Part shown: positions 17,104 to 27,109 of the stretch, piece after piece
Numbering within the stretch: position 1 is the stretch's first letter
How the letters are laid out: each line of letters begins with the position of its first letter
DNA from: a virus
Taxonomy: Duplodnaviria; Caudoviricetes
IMG/VR virus record: IMGVR_UViG_3300047388_000165
Location: 1-56,053 of that record
Strand: one strand, 5' to 3'
Length of the DNA: 56,053 nt
Translations under genes and position numbers: made by a program
Notes under the pieces: generated by a model
Database searches by the model: none
The model's input: the letters and a program-made list of their open reading frames with translations, nothing else
Told to the model about the DNA's origin: nothing

Positions 17104-17918
17104 GCGAAATGCAACGGGTGGATCGCGCCCATAAATGCCCCATCTGCGATCACGACACCTGGTGTTTGCTGGGACGCAGCGTCGTCATATGCATGCGGCA
17201 GACATCATCAAAGCCCAAGAACTTCAAAGGTGGAGAAGTCGGATACCTTCACGACTATCCAAACGGCGACCGGAAACCCAAATACGAACCAACACCACGG
17301 GAAAAACCACCGGCCATCAATGCCCGCAAAGTGCTTTGGGATTGGAAGCGTGCTTACCCGAACGACAAACTCGCCATGCTGGCTGACAACTTGGGCGTAA
17401 CCATCCGCTCACTGGAAGAGATGGAGTGCCAGGTGGCTGGAGGCTATGTGAGCACGTGGGCGTTCCCTATGAAAGATGGCTACGGCAATTACATCGGCAT
17501 CCGGCTCCGCAACCTCGCTGCCCAGAAGTGGGCGGTGACAGGCTCTCAGGCGGGAATCTTCGTGCCGAAGGTAACTCCTCAAAAACGAATGCTCGTGGTG
17601 GAAGGGCCGACTGATTGCGCTGCCGGACTGACACTGGGCATCTACACTGTTGGTCGTCCGTCCTGCTCAGGTGGAGTGACTCACATTGTCGACCACGTTC
17701 GCAAACAGAAGATCATCCGTGAGGTGGTCATCGCTGCCGACAACGACACTCCTGGAATCAAAGGAGCGACTGACTTGCAGAAGTGGCTGCCGGTTCCAAG
17801 CTGCGTGATGCTGCTGCCCACGAAGGACCTTCGAGAATTTATCAAGTTCGGTGATAAGTCCACCATCGACTCGATGATTGAACAAACGGTGTGGACTCAA
17901 CCAAAGGAGAACAAATGA
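17100..17918 (+). CDS. DNA primase (Zn finger + TOPRIM)
   Basis: CPICDHDTWC; VVEGPTD; ADND..G; KDLR. Confidence 0.85.
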   Translation: MSEMQRVDRAHKCPICDHDTWCLLGRSVVICMRQTSSKPKNFKGGEVGYLHDYPNGDRKPKYEPTPREKPPAINARKVLWDWKRAYPNDKLAMLADNLGVTIRSLEEMECQVAGGYVSTWAFPMKDGYGNYIGIRLRNLAAQKWAVTGSQAGIFVPKVTPQKRMLVVEGPTDCAAGLTLGIYTVGRPSCSGGVTHIVDHVRKQKIIREVVIAADNDTPGIKGATDLQKWLPVPSCVMLLPTKDLREFIKFGDKSTIDSMIEQTVWTQPKENK

Positions 17919-17986
17919 TACGAGTGCCGGACTTTGTCCCACTCTTAATCCTTATCTCGGTAGTCGTCGGGCTCGTGCTCGACCGG

Positions 17987-20900
17987 CTACTTCGACGGCG
18001 CAGGTGACTGCTTCGTCAACTCATCGATCAGCAACGTTTGAAAATTACTGAACGTCTGCTGCCGTTCCACCCGTGCCCGGGAGTACAGGTCCAACTCCTT
18101 GTCGGTCAAATCCGACAGGAAGTACTTCTCAGCGACCTTGCTCCCGGTGAACGGGCGGGCATTCCAGAGCTGCATGGCTTTGTAAATCTGGTTGTCCGTC
18201 CGGGTCTGCCGCAACTTCTCCAGTGCCTGCTGAAATCCCTTCTTGTCTTCTGACATCGCCGCGCGGCGCAGGTCGTTATATCCCAGTTCGTCGGTCTGAA
18301 TCTGTTGCCAACCCGTGCTCTTGTTGAGCCCGTTGGTCTTCACAAACTCGTCTGCCTTCTTGAAAATCTGGTTGTTCGCGGTCGGCGCGGGCTCCGTCTT
18401 CACGCCCAGCGACGCCATCGCCTGACGCTGCACGGTTCCTGGTGCCGGCGGCTGGCCAATACCCATCGCTGCCAATCCCGCCTGTCCCACCTTGCCCAAC
18501 GAAATCGGAACCGGAACCATTGCCTTCCCCATTTCCTTCGCCATGCCGCCGGTGCTGGTGATCTTGCGGTGGTCGGGCGTCTCTCCGGTGGCAAAGATCA
18601 TCGCTGCCCGACCGTAGGGACCCAGCTTGTTCTCACCGATCTGGTGGACCGCGTCGTAAACGGTGGGCTTGTTCCCACTCAGTCGAATCACATCGTGCGT
18701 CACCTCGTTGAAGAGCGACAGCGGGCTCATGAAGAATCCTCCACTCTTGCCGGTCACGTCGGGAATCCAGGCGTCCCACTTGTGTCCCTCTTCCTCGTTC
18801 TGCCATGTGGGCTTGCGTCGCGTGATGAGATTGATCGCCTGAGTCACCACGAACATGGCGGCGAGTCCGCGGGCAATGCCACGGCCAGCGGTGCCCAGCA
18901 GCGGCACGTCGCGTCGTCCGGCAAGATACGAGAGCCCGGTCAAACGGCCCGGCAGCGCTGACTCCTTCTTGATGAGCCCTTCCACCCACTGCGGCGCCAG
19001 CCCGAACATGCGAAAGATATCCTGAAAGGTCTGGTTCTTAATCCAGCCCTGACGGCCAATGCTGCCCATGTAGTTGTTGGTGTCGCGGGCGACATCGTCC
19101 ACCAGCCTCCGATAATCCACCTTTGGGTTCTCGCGGTTCATCCGCTCAAACTCCTTCACGGCAGTTTCCAGCATCAGCCCACGGGTGAACTTGTCGAAGA
19201 GCCACTTGTTGTACTTTCCAATGGGACCGCTCTCCACTTTGTAGATAGCGTCAGCGATTCGGCCAGCGTTCAGGCCGCGCTTTAGGAACATATCCGCGAT
19301 CTGGCGACGGGTGATCTGCGTCTTGCCCGCTGGCAGGTTCACGTCGATTAGTGTGTTGGCCCACTCCGCATCTTCCGGACGGACCAGTCCCTTGGCGACC
19401 GCGCCAGGAATGTCCTCCGGACGATACTCGAGGATGCTCAGGCCACCTTTGTAGCCGCCTTTGCCGATGCCGTTGATGGACCAGTCGTATGCTTTGAGCC
19501 GTCCAAGGTGGAAGGTGTCGAGGAACAGGATGGTGTGCTTCAGCTTCTGGCTGAACTGCATCGCGCGGCGCGTGGCGGGAACGTCACGGATGATGCTGCT
19601 GCCCACCAGGGCTTTGATGATGTCCACCGATCCCTTGTGAACGGCCATGTATTTGTTGCCGAAGTCCACCAGATCATACTCGGGCGATGGGCCGGTGTAG
19701 CTGCCATCCGGACGGCGCACGGGCTCAACCACCATCGGCTTGTCACTGTGCGGGTCCTTCAAAGTCTTCAGACTCTTCTCCCAGAGGCGGGTTTCAATCT
19801 GTCGCATGCCTTGACGCACACGGTGAGCCACCAGCGCCGCACCATCCATGTTGAATGGCAGGTAGTTCCCGGCAGCGATGGCCTCGTAGTAGTTGCTGAA
19901 CGTGGCCGGCTTGCGGAAGTTGCGTCCCAGGATGCGCGGTCCTTCCATGAAATTGATCCGGTCACCGTCAAACCACTGCTCGTCGTAACGACCGGGAAGG
20001 TAGTTCTCAGCCCGCTTCACTCGCATGCCCATGTCGCGTTCGGTGCGGTGTTGGGCCTCCATCTCCACGACCATCTTCGCCGCAGTGTCTTGCAGCTCGG
20101 GCTCGTTCCAGTGCTCCTCGGCATACTTCAGCTGCTCGCGCATGTCGCCCACAGCCTTGAGTCGGGCGCGGGCGGCGCGGCGGTCGAGCATACCCTGCAT
20201 GCCACCACCCTTGGACTCGATGATGTTCTTGGACTTCTGTTCTGCCGTGTCGAGTTGCCGGCCAAATCGCTCCAGCTGATCGAAAGCCTTCTTGTTGTAT
20301 TTGATGGTGCCGGTGTGCCAGTCGATCTCACCGTCATCCACCATTTGCAGGACAGTTTCACGCTTCAGCTTGGCAAGCATCTGACCGCCACGGGCTTTGT
20401 CGATGGGATCGGCTGAAGAGAACAGTCCCTCGATGTTCCGGTAGATCGGGTCCTGCTTCATCTTCTCCAGCACGACCGGCTTCATCTCATCCGGCACCGG
20501 ATAATCGATGGTGTAAGCCCCAGCCTGAACCACTGTGGGCGCGGCCTTCAGAACTTCCTTGTTGCCATTGGGCATCTTCTTGTCGGCAGTCACGAACCGG
20601 ATGGCTTTGTCCGCCTTATCGCCAGCGACCGAGTATTGGGTGTCGACCGCATCCCGGGTGGCAGACAGCTGCTGCTCGGAGGCTTTGCGTTTCACGTAGG
20701 CCGTGAGCGCGCTCACTGCATCCGCCGTGTCCTCTTTCAATTCCTCAACTCGGCGCAGGGCTGCCGGGCCGCCATGCTTCTTGAACAGGTCCAGCTGGCC
20801 TTTGTTGCCCTCACCTTTGGCCACGACCTTTTTCTCCGCCTTCAGTGACTCACCAGCGGGCTTAGACGGCGATTCCGATTCTACGTCACGCTCTGGGAAA

Positions 20901-23900
20901 AGCTCACGGTTGATGTAGTCGGAAACCTCTTTGTCCGCAGCTTCCTGTCTTGCGGCCTCGTCTTCCGCCAAAGCATCAGACCCTTCGTTTGGCTCCCTTT
21001 CCACTCTGGCACCTTCGATTGGCTTATTACTTCCGGATACACGATAACGCTCCTTTGGTGTGGGGCTATCCACGATGCTTTGCATCAACTGCTTCGACCG
21101 ACTCTCAGTGATGATGTTGTGCTCTTTCTCGATTTCCGCTTCCAGTTTGGCGCGGTCTTCGTTTGACAGCATCTCCACCGGCTGCTTGGCGATGGCGGCG
21201 GTGGGTTCGGGAGCTATTCCCGGCTTGGCTCCAGCGACTTCGGTAGGCGGACGGTCCCGGATGGTGCTGAGGTCGCGGGCGCCACTGCGCTTCTCGCGCT
21301 CGGCTTGAGCGAGGAGGATGCGTCGAGATGCTGCATCCGCTTCAGCAGTGCTGGGACGGCTTTGTGCCATGGTCCTTTGTACGAAGTCGCTGCGGGTGTC
21401 GCTTTGGTTGTAGTTTTCATAGAGTTGATCGAGCACCTGGCCCAGCGCTTCACCTTCGCTCATTCCCCGGTTCTGTGCCCGGACAATCCGCATGAGCTTC
21501 CGCAGTCCGCTCACCATCGATCGGCTGGCGGTGGCGGCAGTGCGTTCAATCCGGCGTGCCCATTGCAGAGCATCGGAGGGCGGCGTGTCACCAAAGAAAT
21601 TGTGAAAGTCCTTCAGCTCTGCCTCAGTGGGCCGGGGCAGGTCATACTTCTCACCCGGGAACGAGAACGGCGTGGCGAGACGCATACCCTTCTGGGGCAC
21701 ATCCGCCTCACGAACTCCTGGCGCATCCAGTGAGGCTACATCACCACCTTGCGGAATGTCGCTATAACCGGTGCCATGTTCACGGGCGAGGTCAGCCGCC
21801 TCTTTGTGGAACATCTCCTGAAAGTCAGCCATCGAGTTGAACTTCTGGTGGAAGTTCTGTTTTGGCTCACGCAGCAGGATCGAATAAAACGGCTCGTAAT
21901 TCGGAGTGATCTCTTCGATTGGTCGGCTGGGACGTTCCTTGCCGGCCAGAGCAGGGTCCACCATGCGAACGGTACCATCACCGGGGTAGGTCGAAACCAA
22001 ATGGACGGTGCCATCCCGCTTGTCGAAGAGCGCGGTCAGCCGGCGCGTCATGGAAACCGGCAGGGAACTGCCGCCCACGCGAGCCTCTGACGTGAGAATC
22101 TTCTTCAGTTCAGCCGGGTTCTTCGCTTCGCTGGGCGTGATCGCGCGGTAGGGTAGTTGAGCATCTTCGCTCTGAGGCAAATCCTGAAACCAAATATCCT
22201 GCGCGAACACCTTCTGTTCTGGTGGCGTCTCTTTTGCCCCCAGTTGTGCGGCGCTTGCGGCCTGCACATCTTCACCACCGGGCACGCCCTTCTTAGTAAC
22301 CGCCGCGAAAAATTCTTCCTGCTCTCCAGCTTTGCCTTTCTTCCGCAGAGCTGCCGGACCTTCCGGTTCACCAGACCGTTCGACAGCAGCATACGGGCTG
22401 AAACCTTTGATGATCTTGTCCCCCTTTGGGAGCATGCCGTGTGTCCACTTTCCGTTCTTGTCGACGGTCCCAATCGAATCAATCTTGGACCCACCGTACT
22501 TCTCAATCATCGCCTTGCCACCAGCGCTCACATCGTACTGCTTGCCAGCATAGGCCGCGCGGTAGATGGAGCCATCAGGTCGGCGGACGAGAACAACGCG
22601 CTCACCAGGGGCGGTAGGAGGAAGCGGGGATTCCAAATCATCGATGTTGTGGGTGGGCACACCTCCACTCTCCAAGGGCTTCGCACCCTTGGTAAGGTCA
22701 GGAGGCAATTTGAATGCGTTCGGCGTGCCGCTGCCTTCCACTGATCGCACCGCATGATCGCCCAGCCGGTCGGCGGGAATGTCAACGAACTCCATCTTCG
22801 GCCCCATGCGGGAAGCGTAGGTCTTGTCACTGCTCCAGTAGGCACCCCCCTCACCACCGTCATGGCCACGATAAAGCCGGACCATGCCTTCGGCGGGCTC
22901 ATCTTCCTTCCGCACCGAGAACGGCTGGTTGCCAGCACCGGCTCCAACAGTGGCACCGATCGCATCCTTCGCGGCTTCGATATTGTCGCGCACTTTGTCG
23001 AGGATGGACTTCTGGTGGGCACTCAACTCCGAGTCCTTCAATCCCCGGATTTTGCTGACGATGTTGGAAAGATGATCCAGTGCCTGAGCGGTCCAGCGTT
23101 CATGCAGAGCCATGCCGACGAAATCGTCGCGCGTCATCCCCATCGCTCGCTCCATGCGATTGCGGATTGCCTCAAATCCCAACTGTGCAGGTGTGAAATT
23201 GTCCGGGTTGTGACCCTTCAGATACTGGCGCTTCAGAATGCTCTGCTCGAACGGAGACATCGAGTTCCAGAATGGCTCGGCATCCTCTGGGTCGGTCTTG
23301 AGGTGGATGTCCTCGTGATCGAACTTCGACTTCACCGCCGCGGCCTTTTCCTTTGGCGACATTCCCTTCAGGTCGTTGTCCACGAACTTGGCGAACTCCT
23401 GGGGGTCCACGATGATCTGCCCGTTCTCGTGGTCGGCCATCATAATTCGGCCATCCGGCAGTTTCCCAAACACCGACTTACCTTCCTCGCCCATGTGGGG
23501 CTCGAGCAATTTGGAGTGCTCAGGACTCAGTGAAACTTGAGGCTGTGGGGCATTGGCCGCCACCGCTTGTTGCTGCAACAGATCATTCTGACCGATCGCC
23601 GCACGCACTTCTGGCGGTGGAGCGCCTTCCGGACCCGGCACTTTGGCGCGTGGAGCTGATTCTTTGAATGCGGAATGAGCGAGCAGGGAGCCCATCCCAA
23701 TGTTGGCAGTAAGCGACGTGTAGGCTTTGGCGATCTCATCCGGAGTCTTGGCCTCGCTGATGGCCTTCAGGGAGTCCGGGATCGCCATGCCCATCTGGGC
23801 ACCGTAATACGCCTGCACGGGTTTGAACTCAGCAAATGGCAGTGTGGCCACTCCACCGGGCGTGGTAAATCCTTCGATGGTTTGGGCCAATCCCTCGCCA

Positions 23901-24373
23901 ATACCAGCTACCGCTCTCTCTGTGGGAGTGGCACCCTGCATCTCTTCAGGTGTCAACCGCGGTAGACTCAGCATGGGGACGCCTGGCTCGACAGCCTTCA
24001 GGTCCATGCCTTCCGCGCCCTTGCCTTTCTGATCTTCGGTGACTGGAACATCTGCTGCGCCAGCCCGCTTCAATGCAGTGAAAAGCTGGGCAGCCGCCGG
24101 CTCGATCACCTTTTCGCTGACGAACTTCAGTGCTCCCGACACGCCCGGAACTGCGCCACCCTGCCGCACGATGTCATAATCAGGGTTTTGCGACGGAGGA
24201 AGTCCGGGGATTTCCGAGAAGTTTTCCGGTGTGGCGCCCTGACTGACGGCAATCTTGTAGCGATCGTAGGGACTCAGCTGGACCTGCGAGAGATCAACTT
24301 CATCGACAGCCGGAGGGGTGAACTTCGGCTGTGACTCATCAACCTCATCAACTGCCGGTGGCAAGAATGCCAT
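17987..24373 (-). CDS. Giant internal virion/ejection (polyvalent-type) protein, 2128 aa
   Basis: Last gene of the tail operon; HEDIH motif; LYRG..YWS ART-like segment; helical C-terminal region. Confidence 0.8.
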   Translation of the reverse strand: MAFLPPAVDEVDESQPKFTPPAVDEVDLSQVQLSPYDRYKIAVSQGATPENFSEIPGLPPSQNPDYDIVRQGGAVPGVSGALKFVSEKVIEPAAAQLFTALKRAGAADVPVTEDQKGKGAEGMDLKAVEPGVPMLSLPRLTPEEMQGATPTERAVAGIGEGLAQTIEGFTTPGGVATLPFAEFKPVQAYYGAQMGMAIPDSLKAISEAKTPDEIAKAYTSLTANIGMGSLLAHSAFKESAPRAKVPGPEGAPPPEVRAAIGQNDLLQQQAVAANAPQPQVSLSPEHSKLLEPHMGEEGKSVFGKLPDGRIMMADHENGQIIVDPQEFAKFVDNDLKGMSPKEKAAAVKSKFDHEDIHLKTDPEDAEPFWNSMSPFEQSILKRQYLKGHNPDNFTPAQLGFEAIRNRMERAMGMTRDDFVGMALHERWTAQALDHLSNIVSKIRGLKDSELSAHQKSILDKVRDNIEAAKDAIGATVGAGAGNQPFSVRKEDEPAEGMVRLYRGHDGGEGGAYWSSDKTYASRMGPKMEFVDIPADRLGDHAVRSVEGSGTPNAFKLPPDLTKGAKPLESGGVPTHNIDDLESPLPPTAPGERVVLVRRPDGSIYRAAYAGKQYDVSAGGKAMIEKYGGSKIDSIGTVDKNGKWTHGMLPKGDKIIKGFSPYAAVERSGEPEGPAALRKKGKAGEQEEFFAAVTKKGVPGGEDVQAASAAQLGAKETPPEQKVFAQDIWFQDLPQSEDAQLPYRAITPSEAKNPAELKKILTSEARVGGSSLPVSMTRRLTALFDKRDGTVHLVSTYPGDGTVRMVDPALAGKERPSRPIEEITPNYEPFYSILLREPKQNFHQKFNSMADFQEMFHKEAADLAREHGTGYSDIPQGGDVASLDAPGVREADVPQKGMRLATPFSFPGEKYDLPRPTEAELKDFHNFFGDTPPSDALQWARRIERTAATASRSMVSGLRKLMRIVRAQNRGMSEGEALGQVLDQLYENYNQSDTRSDFVQRTMAQSRPSTAEADAASRRILLAQAEREKRSGARDLSTIRDRPPTEVAGAKPGIAPEPTAAIAKQPVEMLSNEDRAKLEAEIEKEHNIITESRSKQLMQSIVDSPTPKERYRVSGSNKPIEGARVEREPNEGSDALAEDEAARQEAADKEVSDYINRELFPERDVESESPSKPAGESLKAEKKVVAKGEGNKGQLDLFKKHGGPAALRRVEELKEDTADAVSALTAYVKRKASEQQLSATRDAVDTQYSVAGDKADKAIRFVTADKKMPNGNKEVLKAAPTVVQAGAYTIDYPVPDEMKPVVLEKMKQDPIYRNIEGLFSSADPIDKARGGQMLAKLKRETVLQMVDDGEIDWHTGTIKYNKKAFDQLERFGRQLDTAEQKSKNIIESKGGGMQGMLDRRAARARLKAVGDMREQLKYAEEHWNEPELQDTAAKMVVEMEAQHRTERDMGMRVKRAENYLPGRYDEQWFDGDRINFMEGPRILGRNFRKPATFSNYYEAIAAGNYLPFNMDGAALVAHRVRQGMRQIETRLWEKSLKTLKDPHSDKPMVVEPVRRPDGSYTGPSPEYDLVDFGNKYMAVHKGSVDIIKALVGSSIIRDVPATRRAMQFSQKLKHTILFLDTFHLGRLKAYDWSINGIGKGGYKGGLSILEYRPEDIPGAVAKGLVRPEDAEWANTLIDVNLPAGKTQITRRQIADMFLKRGLNAGRIADAIYKVESGPIGKYNKWLFDKFTRGLMLETAVKEFERMNRENPKVDYRRLVDDVARDTNNYMGSIGRQGWIKNQTFQDIFRMFGLAPQWVEGLIKKESALPGRLTGLSYLAGRRDVPLLGTAGRGIARGLAAMFVVTQAINLITRRKPTWQNEEEGHKWDAWIPDVTGKSGGFFMSPLSLFNEVTHDVIRLSGNKPTVYDAVHQIGENKLGPYGRAAMIFATGETPDHRKITSTGGMAKEMGKAMVPVPISLGKVGQAGLAAMGIGQPPAPGTVQRQAMASLGVKTEPAPTANNQIFKKADEFVKTNGLNKSTGWQQIQTDELGYNDLRRAAMSEDKKGFQQALEKLRQTRTDNQIYKAMQLWNARPFTGSKVAEKYFLSDLTDKELDLYSRARVERQQTFSNFQTLLIDELTKQSPAPSK
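23951..23968. repeat. Dispersed palindrome, variant with one core mismatch
   Basis: TGTCAACCGCGGTAGACT. Confidence 0.85.
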
Positions 24374-24374
24374 A

Positions 24375-25256
24375 TCATTTTACCTTTTCCCAACTGGACT
24401 CGTCGTTCGGGTCGCCTCCCAAATACTTCAGTCCGCCCTTGTAAACAACCCCAATCTTGTAACCACCCTCAGCCTTACGCTGCTTCTTGGTGTCAACCGC
24501 GGTTGACTTGTTCTTCTCCTGCTGGCGCTTCTTCAGGATGGTTTCAATGTCATCTCCAGAACCCGTCTTCCCCCTGAAGATGGGCTTTTGACCTGGGATT
24601 TGAATGACGTGCCCCACGTCGTTGCCTTCCGGGTCTGATACGGGTAAGGCAGTCGGAGCATTGGTAAGCGTCTGAGGAATCGTCGCATATTTTTCCCATC
24701 GGGTTGGACTGACCTGCACCAGAGATTCAGGGGAGTTCGGAATGGCGAACGTGTTGCCGGGTTTGAAATCCCCCGGCAGCGCCGCCAGCCGGCCCAGCTC
24801 AGTGCCGGTCATGTAGGGCGACATATACTTGAGCGCGGCCTGCGTGGGTGTGAGTCCCTCACCACCCTGCTCTTTGGGAAGCACGGCTTTCTGAAACGCC
24901 TGGTTCGCGGTGAACTTCTTCGATGCTTCCTCAGTCTTCGCTTGGAATTGCTTCTTGGCCAGATCAAGGTCCTGAGTTTGTAACCCGATCTGCTGCTGAC
25001 GGTATTGCTGCTCGATGGCGTTCTTCTGCTGCTCCATCTGATGCTCATAATCGAGCTGTTGTTTCTTCGCCTCGTTGGCGGCAGCAATTTCCTGAGAGCG
25101 TTGCTGCATCTCAATGGACGACTGCGCCGCTTCCTGCGACATCTTCTCGCGCTGGATTTCCGCGCTGAGTTCAGCCCGCGATGCCTCGCCCGCGAGCGCC
25201 CCGTAACCTTGGGCGGCGGAAGGATTGAGCCACGGCGGGATTGGATAATTCGCCAT
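24375..25256 (-). CDS. Internal virion/ejection protein
   Basis: Gln-rich coiled coil; C-terminal YLGGDPNDESSWEKVK; position in operon. Confidence 0.7.
   Translation of the reverse strand: MANYPIPPWLNPSAAQGYGALAGEASRAELSAEIQREKMSQEAAQSSIEMQQRSQEIAAANEAKKQQLDYEHQMEQQKNAIEQQYRQQQIGLQTQDLDLAKKQFQAKTEEASKKFTANQAFQKAVLPKEQGGEGLTPTQAALKYMSPYMTGTELGRLAALPGDFKPGNTFAIPNSPESLVQVSPTRWEKYATIPQTLTNAPTALPVSDPEGNDVGHVIQIPGQKPIFRGKTGSGDDIETILKKRQQEKNKSTAVDTKKQRKAEGGYKIGVVYKGGLKYLGGDPNDESSWEKVK
24491..24508. repeat. Dispersed palindrome (exact 16-bp core)
   Basis: TGTCAACCGCGGTTGACT. Confidence 0.95.
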
Positions 25257-25259
25257 ATA

Positions 25260-25997
25260 TCAGCCTCCCGCTCCTGCTGGAGTATGCCAGGTGGTCCCCT
25301 GCAAATACGATCCCGGTCCCAAGGTAGTCGGCATGCCCTGAGCGCGCGCCCACCACGGGAGATTGGGATTTCCATAGCCCACTGTGGCGGCTGATTTGGC
25401 GGCATCAGCGGCATCCTTGGGGGATGGAGCAGAGGCGTAAAGGTTGGCGGCCATCTGGGCTTCCTGTTGCTGCTCGGGAGTCACGAACATGCTGGCCGGG
25501 TCGAATGGCTTGGCGATCGGCGCATCAGCGGACAGCTGGTGAAGATTCGACATTCCAGTTTGCTCCTGACCGATGGACGTTAAACCGAGCGCCCGCAAAT
25601 AAGCAGCATTGGAATTGGGGCTGCCGGGCATGCCACCAGTGATTCCGCGCTCTGCCGCTCCAGTGAGCAGCTGACTGATAACATCGTCCGGCACCTGACC
25701 ATTGAGTTGCTGCATCGCGTTACCACTGGCGGTTTGCGTAAGCGCGGCATAGTTCGGAATGGCCATGTTGTACTGGCCGAGAAGTTGTTCCTGATTGAAC
25801 GGGTTCAGGGCGGTAGCGGTGCTCTCAAATCCCGGCAGATTGCCAGCGTTCCCAGCGTTGGCTGACGATGCGGTCGTGGTCGGGTTCGGAACGGTTGGTA
25901 TCCCGCCGTACGCCGGGTTATACATATTGACTGGTCCGGGTGCGAGCGATGTCGCACCGCCGCCACCTGTTTGAAATTTGCCTGAGCCAAAAGCCAT
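25260..25997 (-). CDS. Internal virion/DNA pilot-like protein
   Basis: Ala/Gly/Asn/Gln-rich, AAERG motif, position in operon. Confidence 0.65.
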   Translation of the reverse strand: MAFGSGKFQTGGGGATSLAPGPVNMYNPAYGGIPTVPNPTTTASSANAGNAGNLPGFESTATALNPFNQEQLLGQYNMAIPNYAALTQTASGNAMQQLNGQVPDDVISQLLTGAAERGITGGMPGSPNSNAAYLRALGLTSIGQEQTGMSNLHQLSADAPIAKPFDPASMFVTPEQQQEAQMAANLYASAPSPKDAADAAKSAATVGYGNPNLPWWARAQGMPTTLGPGSYLQGTTWHTPAGAGG

Positions 25998-26001
25998 AAC
26001 G

Positions 26002-27069
26002 TTATTGCATTGTGCCAATCGCTTGGCGTTCAAGTTTTGCCGAGCCGAACACGTTCACCTGGACTCCTGGTGTATTGACGCCCAGATAGTGTCCCAACTC
26101 GCCGTTGAGCAACCGCACTGCCCGCTTGTGGTGAATCTCCGCTTGCTGCTGGGAGCTGGCATTATCCATCTCCGAGAACCGAACCGCCGCGCACTCTTCG
26201 ATGATCGCCTCAAGGTTCTGGAACAAGAGCCAGTCGGTATCATTGACCACCGGGATCAATTCCAGCTTGGCGATGGCGGTGACCTGAGGCGGCAGACAGC
26301 TGGCGTCGGGAATAGGACCATTGGGAACCGGACAACATCCGCAGGGCAGGCAATCAAAAAAGTATCGTCGGTAGCTGGTCGTCTGCTCACCGGGTTCCAG
26401 CGTGGATAGGAGAACCAGAGCGCCGCTCGCGGGACTCATCTGGAAAATCTGCACTGGGCCAGAAGTGACATCCTTCTGGATGCCGGTGATCCGCACGAAC
26501 TGATTCAGCGTGGTGGCGAAGGGCGCCTTCAAGATGACGAACTCACCCACGATAGTATTGCCTCCATCGTTCGTGTAGATCGGCTGGTTGTTCTGGTCAA
26601 AGCCCTGAACCAGCACCCGCTTGTTACCGGTCACGTCAGCAGCATCGGAAGCAAACAATGAAATGAGTTGAGCCCCACCATGAACGTCAGTGAAGAGCGG
26701 CTCGTTATTGCGGGTGTAGGCAGCTCGAATGTGCGACTTATTATTGTGCCGGCGGTGCTGCATCCGGCCATTACCGAACTGCATATACTCGTAGAACTGA
26801 TTGAACACCGGGACTGGCCAGTCGCAGATGGTGACAGATTCAATGCGGGCAATCTCGCGTGGCAGCGTGATGTAGGGCGCCGCGCGGGAAACGTTCAATC
26901 GTACTTCGGACCAGGTTCCAAACCAGCTCTCATCCCCAGCCTCCGGCGCATAGAGCAACCGTTGCTGGGCAGTGTTCACGAATCGGGCGATCTCGGGGAT
27001 GTCGTCCTGGCATTTGACGATGACCTTGGGAAGGCGGCTGACCCGGCAATCATATAGTCGAAGACGCAT
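26002..27069 (-). CDS. Head-tail adaptor (tail tubular protein A-like)
   Basis: VNTAQQRLL...ITLPREI...; C-terminal helices; synteny. Confidence 0.6.
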   Translation of the reverse strand: MRLRLYDCRVSRLPKVIVKCQDDIPEIARFVNTAQQRLLYAPEAGDESWFGTWSEVRLNVSRAAPYITLPREIARIESVTICDWPVPVFNQFYEYMQFGNGRMQHRRHNNKSHIRAAYTRNNEPLFTDVHGGAQLISLFASDAADVTGNKRVLVQGFDQNNQPIYTNDGGNTIVGEFVILKAPFATTLNQFVRITGIQKDVTSGPVQIFQMSPASGALVLLSTLEPGEQTTSYRRYFFDCLPCGCCPVPNGPIPDASCLPPQVTAIAKLELIPVVNDTDWLLFQNLEAIIEECAAVRFSEMDNASSQQQAEIHHKRAVRLLNGELGHYLGVNTPGVQVNVFGSAKLERQAIGTMQ

Positions 27070-27109
27070 AAAGTCTTTTACTCTCCGAATCGTGGTTTGG
27101 AAAGAGATT

